Virus record (IMG/VR): IMGVR_UViG_3300020183_000041 | Coordinates: 21,126 to 85,125 of that record | Direction: 5' to 3' (one strand) | Length of the DNA: 64,000 nt | Source of the DNA: a virus | Shown here: positions 6,148 through 14,944 of the stretch, in pieces | Numbering within the stretch: position 1 is the stretch's first letter | How the letters are laid out: every line of letters starts with the position of its first letter | The notes under the pieces: generated by a model | The model's input: only the letters and a program-made list of their open reading frames with translations | Databases searched by the model: none | Told to the model about the DNA's origin: nothing | Position numbers and translations under genes: made by a program

Positions 6148-6828
6148 TTAATCTTCTCTGCTGATGAAGTCAAAAAGATATGGTAGAAAACTATAAACTT
6201 TATTTTTACTATAAGTAGTATAATTTTCTTCAATTGATGCATCAATTTTACCACTACGTTTCATAGCACTTTTTGATGAATCCAATACAAGCCTGTCGAG
6301 GTCGAACATGCTTTCAGCAGTAAAATACTGCTGCATTTTGTTAAACGTTACCTCCCAATTTTCAACAGGAGACGTATCATGGATTCTTTGAACAAGAGTA
6401 AGCATAACTCTAGATTCATGGTTTGGGCTCCAGTTAGGATTTGAATTACAAATTGCATCCCAAACTAATCCATCATCAATGTTCACCCCCTCAAGACCTG
6501 CACTATAATACCGACCAGAAATAATTTGACCAATAGCACACTTTTTCAATCGATTATCATCATCAGGCATATGTTCAATGTATGAATTAATTCTGTCATT
6601 GATATTATCAAAATAACTGTCAGACATTTGGTAATCATTAAGGTCTTCATAAACTGAATCTTCGATAACTTCAGCAGTCACCTTTGCTTCAATTGCTTCG
6701 TATGTTGATTCAGATAAACCGCGATAAGAGCAATCTCCATTCCTCATTACAGACTTGCAACCTTGCACTAAAAGACCATCTTTAATCTTTTCAAAAATGT
6801 CATAATCAGTAACTACTTGAACGCTCAT
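6148..6828 (-). CDS. Conserved phage hypothetical protein (CSYRG..CAIG..QRIHD)
   Basis: AGAGGTGG SD before MSVQVV; paralog of 5477..5982. Confidence 0.75.
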   Translation of the reverse strand: MSVQVVTDYDIFEKIKDGLLVQGCKSVMRNGDCSYRGLSESTYEAIEAKVTAEVIEDSVYEDLNDYQMSDSYFDNINDRINSYIEHMPDDDNRLKKCAIGQIISGRYYSAGLEGVNIDDGLVWDAICNSNPNWSPNHESRVMLTLVQRIHDTSPVENWEVTFNKMQQYFTAESMFDLDRLVLDSSKSAMKRSGKIDASIEENYTTYSKNKVYSFLPYLFDFISRED

Positions 6829-7112
6829 TTTGCTTCCACCTCTTTCTTTTGGAACTGGTTTAACCACTCTACTTTGTTCATAAAAGCCTCTCTGCCTTTT
6901 TCGCTGTAGACACCTAAAAGATTTCCATCAAGAAGGCTGTTGATTTCTTGTTTGATTTTATTGATATCACGGGTTGACCAGTCTTCAGACTTTGAATCTG
7001 AAATCATCTTGTCAATTTCTATACGACCTCTGTTGTATTTGCTGTAGTCATCGCTCATTTCATGTGTCCAGTCAGCACCAACAATTCTCTTTGCCCATTC
7101 TTTATGATCCAC
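6825..7112 (-). CDS. Hypothetical protein
   Basis: ORF with GGAGG SD. Confidence 0.7.
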   Translation of the reverse strand: MDHKEWAKRIVGADWTHEMSDDYSKYNRGRIEIDKMISDSKSEDWSTRDINKIKQEINSLLDGNLLGVYSEKGREAFMNKVEWLNQFQKKEVEAK

Positions 7113-7113
7113 T

Positions 7114-7374
7114 TTATGCCTCCGATAGAGTAATTACAAAACTGTTTTTGTCTTTGTTGCCAAAGAATTGACCAGGCCCATTACCTTCAAAATCGCGTGA
7201 AGGATACAGAACTGAACCATCAGATAAAACAAGACAAGTTGGGTTAATTCTTTCATAATAAAAAGAATCCCATCCCTCTTTTCGCATCTCGGTATCAGTC
7301 ATTGTTCTAATCATTACAATACTTTCACCACAAGGCCATTGTGAGTCTGTTCTAAGATTAATAGTGTCTTTCAT
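7114..7374 (-). CDS. Hypothetical protein
   Basis: LYPSRDFEGNGPG motif; tight gene packing. Confidence 0.7.
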   Translation of the reverse strand: MKDTINLRTDSQWPCGESIVMIRTMTDTEMRKEGWDSFYYERINPTCLVLSDGSVLYPSRDFEGNGPGQFFGNKDKNSFVITLSEA

Positions 7375-7375
7375 T

Positions 7376-7684
7376 TTATCCTTCTGTCTTTAGTCTTTCG
7401 ATATAAATTTGTTGATACTTGTCTGTTTGTATTTCTCCATCTACAGAAACGAGATAAGCAGTAGCCGTAATAATCTTTTTATGCATATAAAAATTAATAT
7501 CTACTTGATCACAATACGCACACCATTCATCAAATTCATCATCTAATGAATAAGATTCAAGCTTGTCTCTATAGGCAGAGATATAACCTCTAGCGAATTG
7601 TCTTAAATCAAAGGTGGAAATATTTTTATGCAACCGTTTGAACTGGCTCTCCACTAAAACAACCTTTCTGAACAAGAATTTCAA
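7376..7684 (-). CDS. Hypothetical protein (true start probably near 7633)
   Basis: ORF in packed operon. Confidence 0.6.
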   Translation of the reverse strand: MKFLFRKVVLVESQFKRLHKNISTFDLRQFARGYISAYRDKLESYSLDDEFDEWCAYCDQVDINFYMHKKIITATAYLVSVDGEIQTDKYQQIYIERLKTEG

Positions 7685-7997
7685 AAAGCAAACCCCAGGC
7701 TGGGTCAGTATTTTTTGTAAGATTATTAAAATCTTTTACAAGTTTATCGCCAAGACCCATATTTGAAAGATTTTTCAAATACTCAGTCAAACCTGACTTT
7801 TCAATCTTCTCAGTTGTTGAGACATCGAAATGCTTTAAAATTCCACTCACAGGATTCTTTACATAAAGAGCAACACAATTCTGAATAGGAATGATTAAAC
7901 TAAATGAGCCATTAATTGCACTTTGAATTAATTGTTCCGATTCTGCTTTTTCATCTTTTTTTGCAACGAATTTCTTATTTGCTGGTTTAGTTGCCAT
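7626..7997 (-). CDS. Hypothetical protein
   Basis: ORF with GAGG SD. Confidence 0.7.
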   Translation of the reverse strand: MATKPANKKFVAKKDEKAESEQLIQSAINGSFSLIIPIQNCVALYVKNPVSGILKHFDVSTTEKIEKSGLTEYLKNLSNMGLGDKLVKDFNNLTKNTDPAWGLLFEILVQKGCFSGEPVQTVA

Positions 7998-8451
7998 TTA
8001 CTTTTTCCTCTTCTTTCTGCGTCATTTCTTTAAATTCAAACTTATAATAAAAAAGCAAGCCTTTTGCATCACTAAGTGAGAGTGACGGCCTACGCTTAAC
8101 AAATCTTTTAATCCAATTAGTAGATGACTCATATCCAACATTGGTAGAAAGATTAATATGCTTAGTAATAACTTCTGGAGAGAGATAGACGCGAGACGTA
8201 TTCACTCCATCGAATTTGCTATACAAAAAGAAGTCATCAAACCTTTCATACATCTTCCATCTTGCATACCATTCAGAACAATTTGTCTCAGTAATATTTC
8301 CAATACCTACTGATATAGAGCCAAAAATAAGACTCTTTGTTTCTGCATTAACATCTGAAACTTCTTTTCCGTTTTCCTGCCAAGTGACCCAAAGTTTATC
8401 TGGATTGTCTTTAAAAAACTTAACTTCTTCGGTACTCCAATTAAGGCTCAT
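7987..8451 (-). CDS. Hypothetical protein
   Basis: MSLNWS..VGIGNITE..HINLSTNV; ATGA coupling. Confidence 0.7.
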   Translation of the reverse strand: MSLNWSTEEVKFFKDNPDKLWVTWQENGKEVSDVNAETKSLIFGSISVGIGNITETNCSEWYARWKMYERFDDFFLYSKFDGVNTSRVYLSPEVITKHINLSTNVGYESSTNWIKRFVKRRPSLSLSDAKGLLFYYKFEFKEMTQKEEEKVNGN

Positions 8452-8792
8452 GAGTAAATCTTTTCCCACTCATAAGAAATTGCATCAACAATTTCAACAG
8501 GTACTTCTGTATTATTTCCCTCTTCATCAACTTGACCAAAGAGTACAATGTCGCCAGCAATATAATCTCCAAGCAAAATTCTTGCACCAGAGTTATACCA
8601 AGCATTTGTTGCTAAAATATTCTCATCAAGACTAAGAATTTTTCCCTCTTCGTTTATATAACCCTCTGCTTTGTAATTGGGAAAATAAACTGCTTCAATC
8701 AAACCTCCTACTGCTTTATTGATTTGATCATAATTCCATTCTTTATTAATTACTTCATATGTGCCATCTGTTCTTACCAGTAAAGCTTTCAT
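8448..8792 (-). CDS. DUF3846-like protein
   Basis: VGGLIEAV..YINEEGKILSLDENILAT..IAGDIVL. Confidence 0.75.
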   Translation of the reverse strand: MKALLVRTDGTYEVINKEWNYDQINKAVGGLIEAVYFPNYKAEGYINEEGKILSLDENILATNAWYNSGARILLGDYIAGDIVLFGQVDEEGNNTEVPVEIVDAISYEWEKIYS

Positions 8793-8795
8793 TTA

Positions 8796-8978
8796 TTACC
8801 GCTCCTGTCTCATATGTTTAAACATTTCATCCATTGCAAGCCTATTTGCTCTTTGATAACTAAGTTCGTGATTCCTAAACTCTTTTATAACAACACCGTC
8901 AACAATAACGTTTGCATCAAAAGAGTTCCATTCAATCAGGATTCTATCCGTTATTTGCTCTACAGCCATATCATCCAT
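8796..8978 (-). CDS. Hypothetical protein
   Basis: GGAGG SD. Confidence 0.6.
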   Translation of the reverse strand: MDDMAVEQITDRILIEWNSFDANVIVDGVVIKEFRNHELSYQRANRLAMDEMFKHMRQER

Positions 8979-9189
8979 TTGTTAACCTCCAATTTATTTC
9001 TTCATGATCTATTGAATGGATTGTTCCATCTGCGACAAACATAACGCTTTCGTATATTTCTCCATTAGATAGAATTCCATCATTATCATTGCCAAGCATA
9101 GCTTCATAAACAATACTTTTTGCTTCATCTTTGCTTTCTGCGTTTACGAAGTATCTTGCAAAAGTAACAACTGTATACGGTTTTGTCAC
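8971..9189 (-). CDS. Hypothetical protein
   Basis: Y.V....YFVNAESKDEA pattern; GAGGAG SD. Confidence 0.65.
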   Translation of the reverse strand: MTKPYTVVTFARYFVNAESKDEAKSIVYEAMLGNDNDGILSNGEIYESVMFVADGTIHSIDHEEINWRLTNG

Positions 9190-9413
9190 AACTCCTCTCC
9201 ATTTTCATCTGTGAATATGAGTTCTTTTATATTTGCTTGGTGCCCATAGCCACAAGAAAAATCATCTTTAGCCCATTCTTCAATTTGTTCCATTACATCT
9301 TCCATGTCTGGTTCTTCCTTATTATCGGCTCTAAGCATATCTACAATATCTTGAACTTGATAAGTGATACTTTTTATTACATTTACTCTCTCAGGAAATT
9401 CATTAGAGTTCAC
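9186..9413 (-). CDS. Hypothetical acidic protein
   Basis: Coupled ORF. Confidence 0.6.
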   Translation of the reverse strand: MNSNEFPERVNVIKSITYQVQDIVDMLRADNKEEPDMEDVMEQIEEWAKDDFSCGYGHQANIKELIFTDENGEEL

Positions 9414-9627
9414 GACAATACCCCGAGCAACTTATTCTTCCACATAGTGGGCATCCATCATCATAATCATCCTCATCACTATCTTCATCATATTCATATG
9501 AATCAGCAGCGTCATCTAGTGCCTGCCTTTGCGCTTCTTCTTTTGCATCAAGATAATGATTTCTAACTACTTCCCGATAATCTTCATCGGCAAGAGTATA
9601 ATCATCTCTATCTCTTTGTTCTATCAT
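9403..9627 (-). CDS. Acidic protein with C-terminal CPLC..C...C
   Basis: TAATG coupling. Confidence 0.6.
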   Translation of the reverse strand: MIEQRDRDDYTLADEDYREVVRNHYLDAKEEAQRQALDDAADSYEYDEDSDEDDYDDGCPLCGRISCSGYCREL

Positions 9628-9884
9628 TAGTTGTCCTCTGGAATACATTTCTCACAAATAAAAGAACCGTCTGGTTTTTGAAATACATCCATATACATCC
9701 AGTTTTGATAAACTGTATTGCAAGTATTGCATTCTATATCTTCATCTAAATTTATTCTTTCAGAGATATCTCTGCCAGTTGCTTCAATTATTTCAGATAT
9801 GTCTACCATAGAAATATCTCCCCAGTCAGGAGTTTTAAACATATTTGCAAGTAAATCCATTGCATGAGCATCAGAAATAATCAT
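9627..9884 (-). CDS. Hypothetical protein with CxxC..CxxC
   Basis: CNTC..CEKC. Confidence 0.6.
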   Translation of the reverse strand: MIISDAHAMDLLANMFKTPDWGDISMVDISEIIEATGRDISERINLDEDIECNTCNTVYQNWMYMDVFQKPDGSFICEKCIPEDN

Positions 9885-10236
9885 CACTTCTAAACCTTTT
9901 AAAAATTTTGACTCCATTATCTCTTAGCAAATAAGCAATCTGATCAATACATTCCCCATCATCAACTGTTGATGGCTGCTCTAAAATTTCTACAATTTTA
10001 TTTACAATGTACTCATTGTTCTTATGCTGGAATTCTAATTTGACTCTTTCTTTCCAAGCATAAAGTTCTGCAACAATCTCATCAAAAGATTGTTTTAATG
10101 GATACTCACCTTTATCATTAAGTAAATTTTGAAGATCATTATCAAGGGATATCCAAGATTCATATAAACTAGATGCACCATCTACAAAACATTCAAGATT
10201 ATACAAGAACGTATTTGTTTTATTTTCTCTACTCAA
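9871..10236 (-). CDS. Hypothetical protein
   Basis: GAAAGG SD. Confidence 0.65.
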   Translation of the reverse strand: MSRENKTNTFLYNLECFVDGASSLYESWISLDNDLQNLLNDKGEYPLKQSFDEIVAELYAWKERVKLEFQHKNNEYIVNKIVEILEQPSTVDDGECIDQIAYLLRDNGVKIFKRFRSDDYF

Positions 10237-10344
10237 TGCTTTACCTTTCTTTGTGTATATATAAAAAAAGAACTAGGCGAGCGTCAATATCGCTTCTTAC
10301 ATTATTAGATGAAAGGGGGAAATCTAATACGTTACCTAGTTTCG

Positions 10345-10417
10345 TGCTTTTAGTAGGACTCGAACCTACAACCTACAGATTAGAAGTCTGTTGCTCTATC
10401 CATTGAGCTATAAAAGC
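10345..10417 (-). tRNA. tRNA-Arg(UCU)
   Basis: GCTTTTA acceptor, ACAGA-CTTCTAA-TCTGT anticodon arm, GTAGG-TTCGAGT-CCTAC T arm; CCA not encoded. Confidence 0.95.
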
Positions 10418-10477
10418 AATTAGCATATTTATAATATATATACTAAGCATATGCCAGACTTAGTATAAGTTTTATAA

Positions 10478-10963
10478 TTACACTTTGAATCCCCAGTTAT
10501 TAAGTCCACTTGTTGTTTGTTCCAAAAGAAACTTTGCAACTTTAAGATTGCAGTGTACATCAAATAAAACTTGCAAATTTTTTGTACTACAAGTTTGTTC
10601 AGTTAGAGTTCTCCAACTGCTGTTGATTTGAACAAGACCAGAATCATAAGTTCCGTTCTTGTTTAGAGTCCAAACAATCTTGCCGTTCTTAAATTTTGCA
10701 TTAATTGCCTTGGGATTGCATCGTGATTCTCTCCAAGCAATGTAAGAGAAAATCTCAACAGGAAGCCCGTATTGTTCAAATGTCTTTTCAAACTTAGGAC
10801 ACCTTTTTTGTTTATCGGTAGATATTATTTTATTAACAATTGCAATCTGCTTGTCAAGTCTTTTATTTAAAATCTCTTCTTTTGCTGCAGCATGACCGTA
10901 CCACGACGAAAATACAATTAAAGCAAGAAGAGTTCCACATAGAAATTTATTTATGCGCTTCAT
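10478..10963 (-). CDS. Secreted lytic transglycosylase (SLT-like)
   Basis: Signal peptide; IAWRESRCNPKAIN..DSGLVQINSSW..NLKVA. Confidence 0.85.
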   Translation of the reverse strand: MKRINKFLCGTLLALIVFSSWYGHAAAKEEILNKRLDKQIAIVNKIISTDKQKRCPKFEKTFEQYGLPVEIFSYIAWRESRCNPKAINAKFKNGKIVWTLNKNGTYDSGLVQINSSWRTLTEQTCSTKNLQVLFDVHCNLKVAKFLLEQTTSGLNNWGFKV

Positions 10964-11135
10964 TTTCGCTCCTTTAGTTTAGTTCCTTTTCCCAAAGTGT
11001 TTTCTTTACACAATGGTATTAGCTTTCGCTAAGGTGTGCGAAACGAGGTCATAGCATATTTATCTACAATTCAATGCTCACTCGCTTCACGTTATATTTT
11101 GAATAGGCATCACCTCCATAAAATGAATAAATACA

Positions 11136-11144
11136 ATTATATCA
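11136..11144 (-). promoter_or_regulatory. Extended -10 promoter of the transglycosylase gene
   Basis: TGA-TATAAT on the minus strand, about 165 nt upstream of the ATG. Confidence 0.55.
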
Positions 11145-11170
11145 GTTAGAGTTTTAGGCTCATATATAGT

Positions 11171-11635
11171 TTAATCAAAATCAAAAACTACACGACCAAC
11201 AGATGTTTTCATTTCCCCATTGTCAAATACATTTTTCCAAACGTGCCCATCTTCTCCACGCCAAACAATATAACTATTATCTCTTACATATGGCGCGATG
11301 ACTCCTAGGAATAAATCTTGTTGACCGGTTTTATCATCGTAATGTAAATTAATTATATTTCCATATTCATCAAAACTAAGATCAAAACCAAGGCTTTGTA
11401 GTATCTCTGTTGCTGTCTTCAATTTTGCTGGATAATCTGCATCCATCCAAGAAAACCATTTTTCTGGGTGATAATCTAAACCAGCAGGTCTAGAAGATTT
11501 TACATCAGGACCAAAACGGCCTCCTGATTTGAGTTTGTCATACTTGTTTAACAAACACATATCTTTGTATGCTGATGGAAAGTGGCGCTTACTCATATAA
11601 AAATCAACTTCTTCTGTGCTAATGTAATACCCCAT
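11171..11635 (-). CDS. Conserved actinophage-type hypothetical protein
   Basis: MGY..WFSWM..YDDKTGQQ..IVWRGEDG..W. Confidence 0.75.
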   Translation of the reverse strand: MGYYISTEEVDFYMSKRHFPSAYKDMCLLNKYDKLKSGGRFGPDVKSSRPAGLDYHPEKWFSWMDADYPAKLKTATEILQSLGFDLSFDEYGNIINLHYDDKTGQQDLFLGVIAPYVRDNSYIVWRGEDGHVWKNVFDNGEMKTSVGRVVFDFD

Positions 11636-11667
11636 TATGTTTCCTTTCTGTTGTTTACTTTATAAAG

Positions 11668-11742
11668 TACCGCATCAGGGAATTGAACCCTGCAAATGGA
11701 TGTTTATAAGACATCTGTGTTCAACCAGCTCACCCATGCGGT
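11668..11742 (-). tRNA. tRNA-Ile(UAU)
   Basis: ACCGCAT/ATGCGGT acceptor, GATGT-CTTATAA-ACATC anticodon arm, CAGGG-TTCAATT-CCCTG T arm; atypical G at position 8. Confidence 0.85.
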
Positions 11743-11764
11743 AAGATTTACTTACAGATTAATT

Positions 11765-12145
11765 TTACTCTTTTGTGTCTAATCCATCGATGAAGTTTTC
11801 AATAAGAAACTTTGCATACTCTGGTCTATTTCCAAGCATCTTGCTAAGATTTTTTCTGCTTTGGTTGTACATATTATTATAAAACTTAATAGTTTCTTCC
11901 GTTGATTCAAGACGAGACTCAGCAATCATTTGTATCATCATGTACATATGTACCATTGAACCAAAGATAATACCAGGAAGAAAAACTGGATTATCAACAG
12001 CATCGTTCTTATAAGAATCCATCAATGTTGATAACATAGAACTACTATCTGGTGATGTATGTGCATTAAAAATTTGCATCGCAAAATCTGTAAACAAATC
12101 GTCTTGATGCTCTTTGAATGGTTTGACTTCCATATCTAAATTCAT
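11765..12145 (-). CDS. Hypothetical helical protein
   Basis: Start moved out of the tRNA to MNLDME; weakly similar to 17660..18007. Confidence 0.65.
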   Translation of the reverse strand: MNLDMEVKPFKEHQDDLFTDFAMQIFNAHTSPDSSSMLSTLMDSYKNDAVDNPVFLPGIIFGSMVHMYMMIQMIAESRLESTEETIKFYNNMYNQSRKNLSKMLGNRPEYAKFLIENFIDGLDTKE

Positions 12146-12180
12146 ATTATCATATCTGCTTCCTTTTTGCTTGGTTTCCG

Positions 12181-12254
12181 TGGGCATAGTGGGATTCGAA
12201 CCCACACTTTATTGATTTTAAGTCAATTGTCTCTGCCTATTGGACTATATGCCC
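12181..12254 (-). tRNA. tRNA-Leu(UAA), short variable loop
   Basis: GGGCATA/TATGCCC acceptor, ATTGA-CTTAAAA-TCAAT anticodon arm, GTGGG-TTCGAAT-CCCAC T arm. Confidence 0.93.
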
Positions 12255-12280
12255 CAACCTTTATTTACGGGTACATACTA

Positions 12281-12724
12281 CTAATAGTGCTGTAGTTTTT
12301 CCAGTTTGCTAATATATTTTGTAAATTTATCATAAAAGTTTTCGTGCCCTTCTTCATGCACTTTAGAGTGACATGATTTACATAAGAGAATCAAATTACT
12401 AAGACTGTCACTACCACCAATAGAAACTGGTTTAATGTGATGGACTTGCATATTATGTTGTTCTATTTCATTAAAGCATGACCTACATATTTTTTGATCT
12501 CTCTCTTGCACAATAGTTTTCAAATCAATTGGCACACCATGTCTGTATTTACCATTCTTTCTCTTACGTTCTTGTTTTTTGTAATTGGAATTTGTTACTT
12601 TTTTATCTATAGCTTTGATGCATTCTGGATTATTACAACATCTTTTCTTACGGTAAATAAAAGTATTTGACGATGAAAATCTTTCCATGCATCCAGCACA
12701 AATAACAAATCTATCTTTCGTCAT
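12281..12724 (-). CDS. HNH endonuclease
   Basis: RDQKICRSC..VHHIKPVSIGGSDSLSNLILLCKSCHSKVH. Confidence 0.9.
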   Translation of the reverse strand: MTKDRFVICAGCMERFSSSNTFIYRKKRCCNNPECIKAIDKKVTNSNYKKQERKRKNGKYRHGVPIDLKTIVQERDQKICRSCFNEIEQHNMQVHHIKPVSIGGSDSLSNLILLCKSCHSKVHEEGHENFYDKFTKYISKLEKLQHY

Positions 12725-13088
12725 TATTTTCCTTATAGACGATTTTTATTTCCGAAGAAGCGTCTAATTTATTGAAGACTTCTTCATAGTTTGCAACGTC
12801 TTCAATTGTTTTTCCATCTTTAATTATTTGAGAAAAATAATTAAAGTTTTTTGTTATCTCTCTATAAGTTGTTGAATTTGGATTATAGAAATATTCTTTG
12901 ACGAGTCCAGGGTCTTTTTGCTTTGTCGAATATTCAAATATTCTTGCAAACCAATTATCTGGTTTAAAACCAAACTGACGTTCGCAAATACGATTGGCTT
13001 TAGACATTACTTCTTGGACTGCGCTTACGTCATCAATTTTAATTGGGAATCTGTACTCAACTACAAAATAGTTTTCAAACTTAGGCAT
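12711..13088 (-). CDS. Hypothetical protein
   Basis: TAATG coupling. Confidence 0.7.
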   Translation of the reverse strand: MPKFENYFVVEYRFPIKIDDVSAVQEVMSKANRICERQFGFKPDNWFARIFEYSTKQKDPGLVKEYFYNPNSTTYREITKNFNYFSQIIKDGKTIEDVANYEEVFNKLDASSEIKIVYKENNDER

Positions 13089-13207
13089 TATGCACCGCCC
13101 CCCATAATAACAGCAGCCATTATAACTAATACGATAATAGCAAGGAAAGGGAATAGAACAAAAAATAAAATTGCCATAGTAAACCAGAAGAATTTACCGT
13201 ACACCAT
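13088..13207 (-). CDS. Small membrane peptide
   Basis: Hydrophobic MVYGKFFWFTMAILFFVLFPFLAII..; fills the gap between genes. Confidence 0.5.
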   Translation of the reverse strand: MVYGKFFWFTMAILFFVLFPFLAIIVLVIMAAVIMGGGA

Positions 13208-14891
13208 CGTTAATATCTCCAATACTAAATGCTCCCCGAACTGGGAAATAGATGCCATCACCATCACTTGTGATTTGACAAACGCCCTGTGGGTCAATTG
13301 CTCCAGCATTTGCATTGACAATGACAATGTTATTACCTACATTTACAATATATGCATTAAGCGTTTTTGAATATTCAGCTAGGTATTTGAAGTTATCTAA
13401 AAAATAAGTATTCTTATTTAAGATAATAACTCCACCCTGTGCTTCTTCAAAAATAGAATCTTTATAGAAGTCGGTCATCAATTTGCCAATTCTTGTATCT
13501 GCCAAATCTCTGAATTTTTTCCCAGCGATATCGTGGGAATCATTAATACCCGATGAATAATGATCATATTCATGAATGATTGTTGCAACAATTTCAGAAA
13601 CTGAACCGTAATTTGCATGGCTCTCATCAATCACAATAATTCTTTCTTTATTTTCATTTGTAATCAACATGCCAAGAACGCTTTCTTTTTTTGTTTTAAA
13701 GGTTGCAATTTTATCCCTTATATGGAAAAGACCTGGCTCAAAATAAGTAGCAATATCAATTGCCTTAGTAAGTTTAGGATATTTTGAAGTGTCAAAGTCT
13801 GTCTCATAATCAATATGCTCTCCAAGAATGCTCGTCACATTTTTGAAATTGAAAGCTTTCATGATATTAAGAGCAGAACGATTTTTAACAATTACGGGTT
13901 TGTACCCACGCTGAGTAATTGACAGAATTGATGAATCAGAATTAAAATTACCATCAACGATGATACCCTTTCCATCAGTCATTTTATTCCAAACGTCAAT
14001 CCATGATTTACGGGCATCTTCATTGATATGATATTCAAAACTTTGGCTCAGAGTTGAAAGCCTTGCAAGTTCCCAAATATCTGATTCAGTATCTGCATCT
14101 ATAAATTTCTCTAGATACTTTTCAATAACTTTTTCATCGGTTGTATTACCAATAATTTTTACAATAGCCCAGTCTAAATCCCACAATGTTTTAATAGTAC
14201 GCTCTTCATTAAGTTCAATGTCATCGATTTGGTAATCAAATATACTGTGGTATTCTTGATCAGTTTTTACAAGAATATTCTTGCAATAGAACCTTGAATC
14301 CGAATCAATTTTTTCTAAGATTTTACCCCAACACATGTCAGCAAGAACATTACGATTCACAGAAAAGTAGTTGTCGTACTTTTTAATAATGCTCATCAAT
14401 TCAGGACTCGCTGAAATATAAACAGAAAATTGACCCTCAACTGGTTTAAGCTTTTCCATTGAAGTTTCGTCATCTGTATTAACAGTAATGACGCATACAT
14501 TGTACCAACCATTATCTATAATTTTTGCGTTGTCCATTGCATTAGCGATTGGTTCACGCAAAATTTGAAATGGGTCTTCCCAAGAAAGAATACCTGCGTC
14601 AAGAGTGAAAGATGAAGACTTTTTGTAATCATCATATTGATAAACTACACAATCAATACCGTCTTCTTCTTCAACAACATAACGCAAAGTAAATGGACCG
14701 TTCTTGTCATATCCAGTAAAAAACCATTCAAGGCCTTTTCTCAAAGCAGCAATTGGTGCATATTTAATACCAGAACCAAATTGTCCAATTGTATTATCAT
14801 CATTTCTTTTGGTGCTAAAGCCAAGTTTTTCTAATGCAATCCTACTGACTTCATCTGCCTTGTTTGTAATTACAATATAATCTAGAAGCAT
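13194..14891 (-). CDS. GHKL (HATPase_c-like) ATPase with C-terminal HExxH motif
   Basis: LGFSTKR..TIGQFGSGIKYA, REPIANAMD, TIIHEYDH; start at MLLDY after GAAAGG. Confidence 0.75.
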   Translation of the reverse strand: MLLDYIVITNKADEVSRIALEKLGFSTKRNDDNTIGQFGSGIKYAPIAALRKGLEWFFTGYDKNGPFTLRYVVEEEDGIDCVVYQYDDYKKSSSFTLDAGILSWEDPFQILREPIANAMDNAKIIDNGWYNVCVITVNTDDETSMEKLKPVEGQFSVYISASPELMSIIKKYDNYFSVNRNVLADMCWGKILEKIDSDSRFYCKNILVKTDQEYHSIFDYQIDDIELNEERTIKTLWDLDWAIVKIIGNTTDEKVIEKYLEKFIDADTESDIWELARLSTLSQSFEYHINEDARKSWIDVWNKMTDGKGIIVDGNFNSDSSILSITQRGYKPVIVKNRSALNIMKAFNFKNVTSILGEHIDYETDFDTSKYPKLTKAIDIATYFEPGLFHIRDKIATFKTKKESVLGMLITNENKERIIVIDESHANYGSVSEIVATIIHEYDHYSSGINDSHDIAGKKFRDLADTRIGKLMTDFYKDSIFEEAQGGVIILNKNTYFLDNFKYLAEYSKTLNAYIVNVGNNIVIVNANAGAIDPQGVCQITSDGDGIYFPVRGAFSIGDINDGVR

Positions 14892-14907
14892 GTTTGCCTT
14901 TCTTTTA

Positions 14908-14934
14908 GGAGTGGGGGGTTTTACCCCCCACTCC
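14908..14934. terminator. G-run/C-run hairpin without U-tract
   Basis: GGAGTGGGGGGT-TTT-ACCCCCCACTCC, intergenic. Confidence 0.5.
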
Positions 14935-14944
14935 ATTGATTGAA

